Source of the DNA: an uncultured Bacteroidales bacterium
Lineage (GTDB): Bacteria; Bacteroidota; Bacteroidia; Bacteroidales; WCHB1-69
DNA length: 56,569 nucleotides
NCBI GenBank assembly: GCA_937892025.1
Contig: CALAVA010000029.1
Location: 1 to 56,569 of the forward strand
Reading direction: 5' to 3'
This document shows, one piece after another, positions 19,872-29,332 of the stretch. The notes below the pieces were generated by a model, which was not told the origin of the DNA, did no database searches, and saw nothing but the letters and a program-made list of their open reading frames with translations. Within the stretch, counting starts at the first letter, position 1, and the number at the start of each line of letters is the position of its first letter. Both the position numbers and the translations under genes were made by a program.

Positions 19872-20648
19872 TTAATAGTGAATTCCATCCCAAGCATCTT
19901 CTATATCATATTCGTCACGAGAACCATCTATGTATTTTTTCATCATTTTATCACGATTTGATAGTTCTTTTTTGTTCCAATATTTTTGCCCATTTCTAAT
20001 TGATAAAGCATCATCCACATCTTGGTCTATATGGCCTTTTCTTGTTTTGGCATTAAAAAGTACAGTAGAAGGATAAAATTCATGTTCATCGTCAAATTCA
20101 TCCCAAGATTCTTTTGTTTCTATGTTTTTTGCCATGTCAGAATCATAACTTAAATCGTTTCCTTGATAATCAATACTTTCTTTCAAAATTCTTTTTACAG
20201 ATTCATTAACCATATAAGTTATATCTGATTCAGATAATCTAAGTTTTCTACTTTCATCCAAATTACTTGAAAGTTCGTTTTTCAATTTAATTGCTTCTTC
20301 AGGTGAAAGATATTGTGGCTCACCATTGTTATCTGGCTTGTGATTTAATTTCTTGTATAATTTACTTCTTGCGTTTTTGTGCTCGTTGTCATCACCATTA
20401 TTTGTCTGAATTGGTATATCATCAAGTTTGTAAGCATATGGAGCAATATTAATTCCTGGCTTTTGTAATTGCTTTTCAACTGATATTCTAATTTTTCTTT
20501 CTTTTTCAGTTTCACCTTCTTTAGAATTGTTTTCTGAAGAATTATCTGCTTCAAATGGTGAACTTTGCAATAAAGTGTCAATGCTTTCTTTTACTAATTT
20601 ATATATAAGACTATTAAATTGTCTTTCATTCATTATTTTTTTAGCCAT
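19872..20648 (-). CDS. Hypothetical acidic protein
   Basis: The ORF track gives a start at 20666; the internal ATG 20648 ('MAKKIMNERQ') is equally plausible. Confidence 0.6.
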   Translation of the reverse strand: MAKKIMNERQFNSLIYKLVKESIDTLLQSSPFEADNSSENNSKEGETEKERKIRISVEKQLQKPGINIAPYAYKLDDIPIQTNNGDDNEHKNARSKLYKKLNHKPDNNGEPQYLSPEEAIKLKNELSSNLDESRKLRLSESDITYMVNESVKRILKESIDYQGNDLSYDSDMAKNIETKESWDEFDDEHEFYPSTVLFNAKTRKGHIDQDVDDALSIRNGQKYWNKKELSNRDKMMKKYIDGSRDEYDIEDAWDGIHY

Positions 20649-20700
20649 AAAAATATGTATTTCCATATAAATAGTATTATTTTTTGAATAATTTGAATTT

Positions 20701-20720
20701 CTGACACGGTTTTTTATTGG
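20701..20720 (+). promoter_or_regulatory. Degenerate -24/-12-like motif
   Basis: CTGACAC-GGTTT-TTTAT resembles the TGGCAC-N5-TTG family but lacks the GG and TTG. Confidence 0.25.
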
Positions 20721-20753
20721 AATATGGCATAACTTTAAAAATTATAATTATAA

Positions 20754-20793
20754 CTGACATACTCACACGAATGATTTCGTTGGAGTATGTCAG
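20754..20793 (+). repeat. Structured repeat, copy C (mini hairpin form)
   Basis: A 40-nt near-perfect hairpin, CTGACATACTC-ACACGAA-TGAT-TTCGT-TG-GAGTATGTCAG, 135 nt upstream of the DUF2828 start. Confidence 0.85.
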
Positions 20794-20928
20794 AACCATT
20801 ATAGTGAGTTGTGTTTTTACGGCAAGATTTAAAAAATTAAAAAAAAAATGAAAAAAAAAATTGGGTTTTTTATTTTTCGTTTGTATATTTAAGATAAATA
20901 ACTTTTTATTAACCAAACTTTAAGTATT

Positions 20929-22578
20929 ATGACAAACATGAGTAACGGTTTTATTAAAGCCAACACGATTGGCGCAGGCGCAAATGGCGCATGTACCGAG
21001 AACGGTGCAATTTCTTATGCAACAATTGGCACAGCATTGCTTGACCAATTTGGCAAGGCGGGCTCTTTCCGTGGTAGGGACATCATGGATGTTTGGGCAG
21101 ACCAAGCAAAGTTGTGGTCTGAGGACCCTGAGAACGCATTGAAGTTTCCTTTCTATATTAGGATGATTACACGTCAGTCTAACATCTTGAATGGTGAGAG
21201 AACTGAAAAGGTTCAAAAGGGTCAAGGCAACCGTGACGAGTCTTTCAAGAGACTTCTTTGGATTGCCAAGTATCACCCAGATGAGTTTTACCGCAACCTT
21301 TGGTTGCTTCCTATCGTGGGCTCATGGAAGGATTTGTGGGTGCTTCTTTCATTTGAGGGCGCTGAAGAATACTTGAAGGCTGAAAAATTCTTCGAGGTTA
21401 TGGCTGAGGGTATTAGTGACCCTAATCACAAGGACCTTGTGAAAAAGTATATGCCTCGTATTCGTTCTGACAAGAAGTGTACAACTTCTTGGGCAAAGTC
21501 TACCAATGCAATGGCTAAGTTGTTTGCCAAGACTGCTGGTTGGTCTTATAAGGAGTATCGTGAGTTCAAGGCTACTGGCGTTGCTCATAAGTTCCAAACT
21601 TACATTTGCAAGGGTCTTTACAGTAGCATTGATTGGAAGACAATCCCTGGCAAGGCTTTGCTTAATTTGGTTAGCGGTAAGTTTTTGAAGGCACATAACC
21701 TTGAGAACAGCTACATTGAGTGGTTGAAGACTCAACCTGTCGCTAAGTTCAATGGCTATGTTTATGAACTTGGCCGTAAACTTAAGGATTGCAGATTCAA
21801 TCCTACATTGGCAACTAAGATTACCATTGATAAGCAGTTCGATGGTTTGATTCAAACGGCTTCAAAGAACGATGGAGCCATCCAAGGTAATGTTCTTTGC
21901 GCACTTGACACATCAGGTTCTATGACCTCATTGGTTGATGTCAAGAACAACATTTCAGCATACGATGTATGCGTTTCACTTGGTGTCTACTTTAGTGAGT
22001 TGAACCAAGGTGCGTTCCACAATGTGGTCGCTATGTTCGACAGTACGTCAACATTGAAGACGCTTTCGGGTACTTTCACTGATAAGTACACACAAATCGC
22101 AAGAGGTACAACCGCTTGGGGCTCTACCAATTTCATGTCAATTATAGATTTAATTGTTAATACACGTAAGACTCGTAAGGACATTCCTCTTGAAGACTTC
22201 CCTAAGACACTGCTTGTTGTCAGCGATATGCAGTTCAACCCTTCTAACGGTTGGGGTGGCGACACTTCGGCCCAAGAGAGAACGAACTACGAGGAGGCTA
22301 TGAGAAGCCTCCGTACCGTATTTCCTGAAGAGTTCGTAAAGGACTTCAAGATTATTTGGTGGTATTGCAGCAATGCAAGAACTACTGACTTCCCATCAAC
22401 AATGGAAGATGGTGGTACGTACATGCTTTCAGGTTTTGATGGCGCAGTTGTAAGCTTCTTGCTTTCTGGTGATATGCCTGTCAAGGTTGACGAGAATGAT
22501 AACACTGTTCAGCCTTCAATGGAAGACATTGTTAAATCTGCACTTAGTCAAGAGGTTCTTGCTCTTATTAAGAGATAA
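20929..22578 (+). CDS. DUF2828-like vWA (MIDAS) protein
   Basis: N-terminal 'TENGAISYATIGTALLDQFGKAGSFRG', 'KFPFYIRMITR' and the MIDAS motif 'LDTSGSM'. Visibly higher G+C and C/G-ending codons than its neighbours. Confidence 0.7.
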   Translation: MTNMSNGFIKANTIGAGANGACTENGAISYATIGTALLDQFGKAGSFRGRDIMDVWADQAKLWSEDPENALKFPFYIRMITRQSNILNGERTEKVQKGQGNRDESFKRLLWIAKYHPDEFYRNLWLLPIVGSWKDLWVLLSFEGAEEYLKAEKFFEVMAEGISDPNHKDLVKKYMPRIRSDKKCTTSWAKSTNAMAKLFAKTAGWSYKEYREFKATGVAHKFQTYICKGLYSSIDWKTIPGKALLNLVSGKFLKAHNLENSYIEWLKTQPVAKFNGYVYELGRKLKDCRFNPTLATKITIDKQFDGLIQTASKNDGAIQGNVLCALDTSGSMTSLVDVKNNISAYDVCVSLGVYFSELNQGAFHNVVAMFDSTSTLKTLSGTFTDKYTQIARGTTAWGSTNFMSIIDLIVNTRKTRKDIPLEDFPKTLLVVSDMQFNPSNGWGGDTSAQERTNYEEAMRSLRTVFPEEFVKDFKIIWWYCSNARTTDFPSTMEDGGTYMLSGFDGAVVSFLLSGDMPVKVDENDNTVQPSMEDIVKSALSQEVLALIKR

Positions 22579-22604
22579 AGAATCTAATGTTGAAAATTGA
22601 AAAA

Positions 22605-22631
22605 AGAGGACCTTATTGGTTCTCTTTTTTT
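22605..22631 (+). terminator. Rho-independent terminator
   Basis: AGAGGACC-TTATT-GGTTCTCT followed by T7. Confidence 0.75.
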
Positions 22632-22647
22632 ATCTTTATGTATAATA

Positions 22648-22678
22648 CTGACATACTCCCACGATTGAAATCGTTGGG
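22648..22678 (+). repeat. Structured repeat, copy D (5' module only)
   Basis: TATAAT-A-CTGACATACTCCCACGAT-TGAA-ATCGTTGGG, 17 nt after the terminator. Confidence 0.8.
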
Positions 22679-22749
22679 CTCTTTAATTTTTAAAAAATAT
22701 TTGTTATTTAATTATAATTTTTGTATTATTAATAATAAAGTAATTAAAT

Positions 22750-23433
22750 ATGGGCACTAAGATAAAAACGTTTTTTTGTGCAGATTTACATTTTGGGCAT
22801 CAGACAATTTTGTATCATCATCCAAGCAGGCGTGATGAGTGTGGAGTGACATTGGAAGAGTTGCAGAAAGATAAGAATGCTGCTATTGAAAAGCATGATG
22901 AATGGCTTATTAATTTATGGAATAGTACTATAAATAAAGAAGACCATGTGTACATTATTGGCGATTTTTGTCTTGGTAACAAAGAGTGTACAGAGCATAT
23001 TCTTCAAAGATTGAAAGGTAAAAAATTTCTTGTTAGAGGTAATCACGATAGAAGTTGTAACGGCCTTGAAAGATATTTTGAGTGGGTTGGTGATATTAAA
23101 GAGGTGAAATTCACACACAATCAATATGATTTTATTGACCCAGAAGAAACTTTTTGTGTTGAATTATGCCATTATCCTTTGTTTACTTGGAATAGGAGAA
23201 CACATGGCACTGTTCATATCCATGGCCATTGTCATGGTAGCATTGATTACGTTAATATACTTTCAAAAGAATTAAGGGCTGATGTCGGATTAGATGGTAC
23301 TTTAAGTAATTACAAAATTGTTGATTTAGAAACTGTTTACAATTATTTTGTTAAAATTCGTAATAATGCTGGAATTAACAAGTTTGCTGATTATCAAGAA
23401 TGGCTTATGGAACAGCAAGGCTTTAGAATGTAA
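22750..23433 (+). CDS. Calcineurin-like metallophosphoesterase
   Basis: 'DLHFGH', 'IIGDF', 'RGNHD' and 'HGHCHG' in canonical order. Confidence 0.8.
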   Translation: MGTKIKTFFCADLHFGHQTILYHHPSRRDECGVTLEELQKDKNAAIEKHDEWLINLWNSTINKEDHVYIIGDFCLGNKECTEHILQRLKGKKFLVRGNHDRSCNGLERYFEWVGDIKEVKFTHNQYDFIDPEETFCVELCHYPLFTWNRRTHGTVHIHGHCHGSIDYVNILSKELRADVGLDGTLSNYKIVDLETVYNYFVKIRNNAGINKFADYQEWLMEQQGFRM

Positions 23434-23465
23434 TAATAAAAATAATAAAAATAGATAATTAAATT

Positions 23466-23591
23466 ATGACACTTGATGAATTATTAGAATGTTTAAATAG
23501 CATTAGTGAAGGAGGCTTTGGTAATTATGAAACAGGAATCAAAGCAATAGAACTTAATGTTGAAAATAAGACTATAGGGTTAAAATTTTGA
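23466..23591 (+). CDS. Small hypothetical protein (41 aa)
   Basis: ATG 23466 to TGA 23591 fills an intergenic gap. Confidence 0.3.
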   Translation: MTLDELLECLNSISEGGFGNYETGIKAIELNVENKTIGLKF

Positions 23592-23594
23592 GAA

Positions 23595-23972
23595 ATGAAC
23601 ATTTATTATTTAGCGTTTAGATATAAAAAAGACGTAAATGTTGTAAAAGTTACTGCAAATCAATTAAGTAATGAATTATTGGGAAATACTGATGATATTT
23701 TTGATTTAAAATGGGGTAAAGAGCATGAAGAAGATGAATTTGGTATTAGTGACCAAGGATTTACAAAACACTCATGGTTTGATGGTAATGATTATGTAAT
23801 AGAGTTTGCTGATGACCCTCATTTCTTCAATATTTATAAATACGTTAAAGACGAAGAAGAATCAAAAAAATGGTATGGTGAACATATAATAGCAAAAAAC
23901 ATTCCGTGGGTTTGTTTTAAAATTGAAGATGAGAACGGAAATGAAATTTATAATTTGAATAATGAAATCTAA
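23595..23972 (+). CDS. Hypothetical protein
   Basis: 125-aa ORF overlapping the next gene by 11 nt. Confidence 0.6.
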   Translation: MNIYYLAFRYKKDVNVVKVTANQLSNELLGNTDDIFDLKWGKEHEEDEFGISDQGFTKHSWFDGNDYVIEFADDPHFFNIYKYVKDEEESKKWYGEHIIAKNIPWVCFKIEDENGNEIYNLNNEI

Positions 23973-24744
23973 AATGGAAAAAAACATAAAGGTATTAATC
24001 ATTCCTGATGTACATGGAAGAGAATTTTGGCGTGAGCCTGTAAAAGACGTTTTAGAAAAAACAGACGCAAGAATTGTTTTTTTAGGGGATTATCTAGATT
24101 GCTATCCAAATGAATTCGTGCATAGTGAAAACTATCAAGAAAATGCCATAGGTAACTTTAATGAAATAATTAATTTAAAGAAAGAAAACAAAGACAGAAT
24201 TACATTACTACTTGGTAATCACGATATGGGCTATAGATTTGACCTTGATATATGTGATTGCCGTACTGACTATTATAATTTTGAAAGGATTAGGAATATA
24301 TTTATTGAGAATAAGGATTTGTTCCAACTTGCAGATGAAGAATACATTGAAGATAAGCACTATATTTTTAGTCATGCAGGAATACACAAAGGATATGTGA
24401 AATATGCATTTCCTGATGAATTTGATTCCATAACCGAAGAAAATGTTGTTGATTATTTTAATAATGCATATTTTACTGAAGACCCTAAAGTCATTAATTC
24501 TCTTGGAATGTATGATGCTTATAGAGGATATGGAGCATATGATTATGGCTCAATTGTGTGGGCTGACATACATAGCTGGATGAAAGATGATTATGACGGA
24601 TATGCCTATAATATTGTTGGGCACACTCAACTACAACACGGATGTGGAGGTATTATTACTGATAAAGTTGCGGATTTGGATAGTGCTGAGGCGTTCATTA
24701 TCAACGACTTAGGAGAATTAAAAAAATATTTTGGAAATTTGTAA
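23962..24744 (+). CDS. Ser/Thr-phosphatase-like metallophosphoesterase
   Basis: 'IPDVHG', 'LGDYLD', 'LGNHD' and 'VGHT' motifs. Confidence 0.75.
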   Translation: MKSKMEKNIKVLIIPDVHGREFWREPVKDVLEKTDARIVFLGDYLDCYPNEFVHSENYQENAIGNFNEIINLKKENKDRITLLLGNHDMGYRFDLDICDCRTDYYNFERIRNIFIENKDLFQLADEEYIEDKHYIFSHAGIHKGYVKYAFPDEFDSITEENVVDYFNNAYFTEDPKVINSLGMYDAYRGYGAYDYGSIVWADIHSWMKDDYDGYAYNIVGHTQLQHGCGGIITDKVADLDSAEAFIINDLGELKKYFGNL

Positions 24745-24787
24745 ATTGTTTGTGCATTAGATGATGTAAAACTTAAAAATTAAAATT

Positions 24788-25078
24788 ATGATTTGGATTA
24801 GAATTTTCATTATCTTGTTTGTGGGACTTATGGGCATTTATTATGGAATGCTTATCCTTCAATGTTTGACTTCTTGGTTTAAAATGACTAACAGAGAAAT
24901 TACGTTTATCAGATGTTTAATTCCTTTCTATTATTGGATTGCACCTATTAACGAGAATAATCGTGCAAAGTCTGATTATGAAGACGAAAACGAAGACGAT
25001 GACGAAGGTATTGCAAGAGAAAAAGAAATTAACAAAAATATTAATAAATACGAAAGAATAAAAGAAGACAAAAATTAA
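24788..25078 (+). CDS. Membrane protein with acidic tail
   Basis: The N-terminal hydrophobic 'IWIRIFIILFVGLMGIYYGMLIL' is followed by a D/E-rich tail. Confidence 0.55.
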   Translation: MIWIRIFIILFVGLMGIYYGMLILQCLTSWFKMTNREITFIRCLIPFYYWIAPINENNRAKSDYEDENEDDDEGIAREKEINKNINKYERIKEDKN

Positions 25079-25116
25079 AAATCAATTTAATTATTAACTT
25101 AAACATTTTAAAAATT

Positions 25117-26346
25117 ATGAGTAAAAATTTAAAGAAGGAGCCAATGAACGTGACCAAGAAGGCCATTATTGGCATTGTAACGATTGCCGTTGCTATCATG
25201 TTAATTTTCGTCTGCCGTTCATTATTTGAAGATGCTGACAAGTCCAAGAACTACGTTTGTCAAATGCCTATCACAGGTGAGTACCACGTGTGGACCGAGG
25301 GTGGTTTGCAGATGCAGTACTTCGGTAACGTAGAGTCCTACAACAAGACCTCACAGGTCGAATTTAGTGGGCTTGAAAAAAATGAAAACGGATACATTGC
25401 GACTGGTAAAAATCCCGCCGCTGCTTTGACGTTCACAGATAATGGTAGAGGTATGATTGTTGGCTCATTTCGAGTTGTATTGCCTACTGACCATCAAAAC
25501 ATGGAGAAGATTCAACGTGATTTCGGCTCAGAGGAAGCTTTGATTAATAACTTAGTTCGTCCTACTCTGTATAAGGTAGTAACTGCTTGCGGCCCTTTGA
25601 TGTCATCACTTCAATCTGTTTCAGAGACTCGTACAGACCTTATTGATTATATCACTGACCAATTGAATAACGGTGTGTATAAGACTAAAGCAATTAAGAC
25701 TGAGGTTGTCAATGAGATTACAGGCGAGCCTGAAACTCGTACCACTGCTCAGATTATCGAAGATATTAATGCCCCAAGGGGTTACAAGCGTCAAGAGGTT
25801 TCACCGTTTAGCCAATATGGTATCACTTGCGGTTTGGTGTCAATCACTGACATTAAGTACGATGCCGCAACTCAAGACCAAATTGACGCACAGAAGGCCG
25901 CTAACTTGGCTGTGATTACTTCAAAGACCAAATCAATCGAGGCTATGCAGAAGACTATTCAGATTGCTGAGGAAGGTAAGGCTGCTACTGAGAAGGCAAA
26001 GTGGGAACAAGAACGTATTAAAATCGTTGAAGTAACCAAGGCAGAACAAGAGCGTGAAGTTGCACGTCTTGCTGCTGAAAAGGCTGAGTTCGATAAGAAA
26101 AAGATTGTTGCTGAAGGTGAGGCTAAAGCCGCTGCAAACCGTGCATTGGTTGCCGCAGGTCTTACACCTCTTGAGAGAGCAAATATCGAAAAAGAAACTA
26201 AGATTGGTGTTGCAAATGCCCTTAAAGATATTAAACTCCCAAGAATTGTTATGACAGGTGGAAGTGGCTCAGGTGGCGCTGGCGCAGCTTTTGACGCAAT
26301 GGGCCTAAAAGCTATGACTGAACTTGTTGACAAGATGTCTGAATGA
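25117..26346 (+). CDS. SPFH/band-7 (prohibitin/flotillin-like) membrane protein
   Basis: N-terminal TM helix, central globular domain and an A/E/K-rich coiled coil 'AEQEREVARLAAEKAEFDKKKIVAEGEAKAAANRA'. Higher G+C than its surroundings. Confidence 0.55.
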   Translation: MSKNLKKEPMNVTKKAIIGIVTIAVAIMLIFVCRSLFEDADKSKNYVCQMPITGEYHVWTEGGLQMQYFGNVESYNKTSQVEFSGLEKNENGYIATGKNPAAALTFTDNGRGMIVGSFRVVLPTDHQNMEKIQRDFGSEEALINNLVRPTLYKVVTACGPLMSSLQSVSETRTDLIDYITDQLNNGVYKTKAIKTEVVNEITGEPETRTTAQIIEDINAPRGYKRQEVSPFSQYGITCGLVSITDIKYDAATQDQIDAQKAANLAVITSKTKSIEAMQKTIQIAEEGKAATEKAKWEQERIKIVEVTKAEQEREVARLAAEKAEFDKKKIVAEGEAKAAANRALVAAGLTPLERANIEKETKIGVANALKDIKLPRIVMTGGSGSGGAGAAFDAMGLKAMTELVDKMSE

Positions 26347-26366
26347 CATGTATCACTAATAAAAAA

Positions 26367-26393
26367 AGGCACTAATTGATAGTGCCTTTTTTT
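26367..26393 (+). terminator. Rho-independent terminator
   Basis: AGGCACTA-ATTGA-TAGTGCCT followed by T7. Confidence 0.8.
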
Positions 26394-26492
26394 GTTTTAT
26401 AAAGTTCAACAAATTCTAAATACTTTTCATAATGTTTTCTTTTTGTTTTACTGGAAGAATTTGAAAGGAATTTTTTTATTAAAATTTGTTTT

Positions 26493-26514
26493 TTTGGCAC
26501 AGTTTTTGTATATT
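26493..26514 (+). promoter_or_regulatory. -24/-12-like motif
   Basis: TTTGGCAC-AGTTT-TTGTATATT, about 40 nt upstream of ATG 26557. Confidence 0.55.
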
Positions 26515-26556
26515 CATAATATTGAAAAGAATTTTAGTAATTTAATAGGTTATTAT

Positions 26557-27699
26557 ATGGGAAACGAAGTTAGAGTAAAAGATGGCGTTCCTTATCTTGT
26601 AGAACCAAGTGAAGCCGAAAAAATCAACAGAAGAGTTTCCGAAATTAATTTTGAACTGAAATATGCAGGACAACTGATTGGAAGCGATTTGAAACAAGAA
26701 ATAAATAATTTCAGACATCAAGGTACGACTTGTTCTCCAATTTATCAGAGGTATGGCATAGTTTTTGATAAAATACTTAAAAATTGTAATAATATGAAAA
26801 AGACACAAACTTACACAAAAATTAACACATTGTATTGCAGATACAAAAACTTAAACAAAATTAAACTCCCTAATCCTGATTGGAAATTTTTTCAAAACAA
26901 GATTATTCTTGGTCAGTTTTCTGATGATTATATGGATTATATAAAAAATTTGAAGTTTGATTGCTTTTCAAAAATTGATGGAACAAATTCTAAGATTGTC
27001 TATTTTCCTTCAACAAATGTATGTTTTTGCGGAGGTAAAACCGATAATGCCGATATTATTCACACAGGCCAAAAGGAATATTTGGATAATTTAATTGAAA
27101 GAATTAAGCCTATTCTTGCAGAGATGTTTCCTCCTGAGAGTGCAAGGTTTATTCCAAAGATGAATGACAAAAATCAGATAGAATACCATAGTATTACCAC
27201 TAATGAAATTTTAATTCCTGACCATGAAAGAAATTATGCTGTAAATGTTGAAGAGGCTCCTGTATACATTTACGGTGAATTTTTCGGCAAGAAAATTCAG
27301 GCAGGCGGAAATTATGACAAAGATAATAATCGTTTTTCAATCTTTGATATCTGTGTACAAGGATGGTGGATTCCTATTGATATGCTGAATGAATATGCTG
27401 AAAAACTTGGAATCGATGTTGTTCCTTATCTTGGGCAAATGACAATCCATGAAGCTGAGGAAATGGTAAAAAGTGGATTTAAAACTCATGTCCCTAATGT
27501 AACTAATCCTGATTATCTTGAAGAAGGAATTGTTGCAAGACCTGTTATTCCAATTAAGGACCCAAGAGGTAAAAGAATTATTGTTAAAATTAAAACTTGT
27601 GACTATAACGAATTGACTTCTGCAATTAATAAAGTCGGAATTGAAGAATATGAAAAATTTAATAAATGGTATTTTGAAAATAAAATTGATGAAATTTAA
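26557..27699 (+). CDS. ATP-dependent RNA ligase
   Basis: Motifs I 'SKIDGTN', III 'IYGEFFG', IV 'EGIVARP' and V 'IIVKIKT'. The ORF-track start 26392 would read through the terminator and promoter, so ATG 26557 is used. Confidence 0.7.
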   Translation: MGNEVRVKDGVPYLVEPSEAEKINRRVSEINFELKYAGQLIGSDLKQEINNFRHQGTTCSPIYQRYGIVFDKILKNCNNMKKTQTYTKINTLYCRYKNLNKIKLPNPDWKFFQNKIILGQFSDDYMDYIKNLKFDCFSKIDGTNSKIVYFPSTNVCFCGGKTDNADIIHTGQKEYLDNLIERIKPILAEMFPPESARFIPKMNDKNQIEYHSITTNEILIPDHERNYAVNVEEAPVYIYGEFFGKKIQAGGNYDKDNNRFSIFDICVQGWWIPIDMLNEYAEKLGIDVVPYLGQMTIHEAEEMVKSGFKTHVPNVTNPDYLEEGIVARPVIPIKDPRGKRIIVKIKTCDYNELTSAINKVGIEEYEKFNKWYFENKIDEI

Positions 27700-27710
27700 A
27701 CTTTTTAAAA

Positions 27711-29213
27711 ATGGCTAAAAGATTTGTATTGACAAAGGATGCCAATCCTAACTATTTGGCTACAATTTGCAAAATTGGAGAAACTTTTCCAATTGAAGGT
27801 GCCGACAAACTTGTAAAGACCGTAGTAAACGGTTATGACATTGTTATTGGTAAGGACCACAAGGAGGGAGACATTGTTGTCTATTTCCCTGTAGAGTGTG
27901 CTATTAGCCAAATGTACTTGTCAACAAACAACCTATTTGAGCGTTCAGAATTTGAAAGAAACGCCAATGCCGATTCTGTTAAAGAGTATCTTGTTGAACT
28001 TGAAAACGCTGAAAATGAGAACGACACGGAAAAGGCTGAGGAAATTTCGGCTAAGATTAAGTCAATGTGTGGATTTTTCAACAAGAACGGACGTGTACGT
28101 ATCTTGAAACTTCGTGGGCAATATTCTCAAGGATTCATTGCAGGTGTTGATTCTCTTGTTAATTATGATTCAACCTTGAAAGATACTAATTGGGAATCTC
28201 TTGTTGGTACTCAATTCAACTATATTGATGACAAAGAGTTTTGCTATAAATATATTCCGCCCATTAGGGGCCATTGCAATAGCAACAATGGTAATCAGGG
28301 TCAGTCTATATGGAAAAAGAGAATGAAAAATCTGAAGAAATTCAACAGACTTGTTGATGGGCAGTTCGCATATCATTATGATACAAAGCAGCTTGGTGAA
28401 CATATTAATGAGTTAAATCCAAATGATAATGTATCTATTACTGTTAAAGTTCATGGTACTTCTATAATTATGTCAAACATTCTTGTTAACAAGAAACTTA
28501 CTACTTGGGAAAAAATTAAGAAGTTCTTTGGTGTTAAGGTTCCAATGGTAGAATACGGAAATGTTTACTCTTCAAGAGGTGTAATCAAGAATAAGTATAT
28601 CAACCAAGGAGTTACTTCAGGATACTACGGATGCGATATTTACGGATGTGTAAACCGTGATTTTTCGCCTTATATTGATAAGGGTATGACTGTCTATGGT
28701 GAAGTTGTTGGGTATCTTGAAAACTCAACTTCAATGATTCAGAAGCAGCATGACTATGGGTGTAAGACTGGCCATTGGAAGTTTATGCCATATAGAATCA
28801 CTTCAACCGATGAGAATGGTAATCATAAAGAATGGCCTATCAAGCAGGTTGACGAATGGACGCATAAACTTGTTGAACTTCATCCTGAACTTGCTGATAA
28901 AACAATGTTCTTGAATTTTGTTTATTATGGAAGATTTGGTGATATGTATACAGATATTCCTGAGGATGAAAATTGGAACAAAAACATTCTTGCAAGAATG
29001 AAATCTGACAGAAAACTCATTCTTATGGAAGAAGATGAACCTATGTGCAAGAATAAGGTTCCTCGTGAGGGGGTTGTTGTTAGAATTGTTGGCGATAACT
29101 TTGCAAGAGCATGGAAATTAAAAAGTTTAAGACATTTTGACCGAGAAGCTAAACAGCATGATAATGGAGAGGTAGATATGGAAGAAATGGCTTCCTCAGA
29201 AGAAATTTCTTAA
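27711..29213 (+). CDS. RNA ligase with N-terminal OB-like domain (DraRnl/Rnl5-like architecture)
   Basis: N-terminal 'ATICKIGETFPIEGADKLVKTVVNGYDIVIGKDHKEGDIVVYFP', then motifs I 'VKVHGTS', III 'VYGEVVG', IV 'EGVVVR' and V 'AWKLKS'. Confidence 0.7.
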   Translation: MAKRFVLTKDANPNYLATICKIGETFPIEGADKLVKTVVNGYDIVIGKDHKEGDIVVYFPVECAISQMYLSTNNLFERSEFERNANADSVKEYLVELENAENENDTEKAEEISAKIKSMCGFFNKNGRVRILKLRGQYSQGFIAGVDSLVNYDSTLKDTNWESLVGTQFNYIDDKEFCYKYIPPIRGHCNSNNGNQGQSIWKKRMKNLKKFNRLVDGQFAYHYDTKQLGEHINELNPNDNVSITVKVHGTSIIMSNILVNKKLTTWEKIKKFFGVKVPMVEYGNVYSSRGVIKNKYINQGVTSGYYGCDIYGCVNRDFSPYIDKGMTVYGEVVGYLENSTSMIQKQHDYGCKTGHWKFMPYRITSTDENGNHKEWPIKQVDEWTHKLVELHPELADKTMFLNFVYYGRFGDMYTDIPEDENWNKNILARMKSDRKLILMEEDEPMCKNKVPREGVVVRIVGDNFARAWKLKSLRHFDREAKQHDNGEVDMEEMASSEEIS

Positions 29214-29332
29214 AATTATTGCTATTAAATTGAAGTCTATGGACCGTATACACAAGATAATCCATTTTCAAAAAATAAAAGCACTGAATTTTTGATATAA
29301 TAAAAAACTATTTATAATAAAATGATAAAACC

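Noticed and set aside
26392-26556. The N-terminal 55-aa extension of the RNA ligase ORF given by the ORF track.
   Set aside because: It would be translated across the terminator T-run and the -24/-12-like motif, and it is Phe/Leu-rich low complexity. ATG 26557 follows the promoter-like element at a normal distance.
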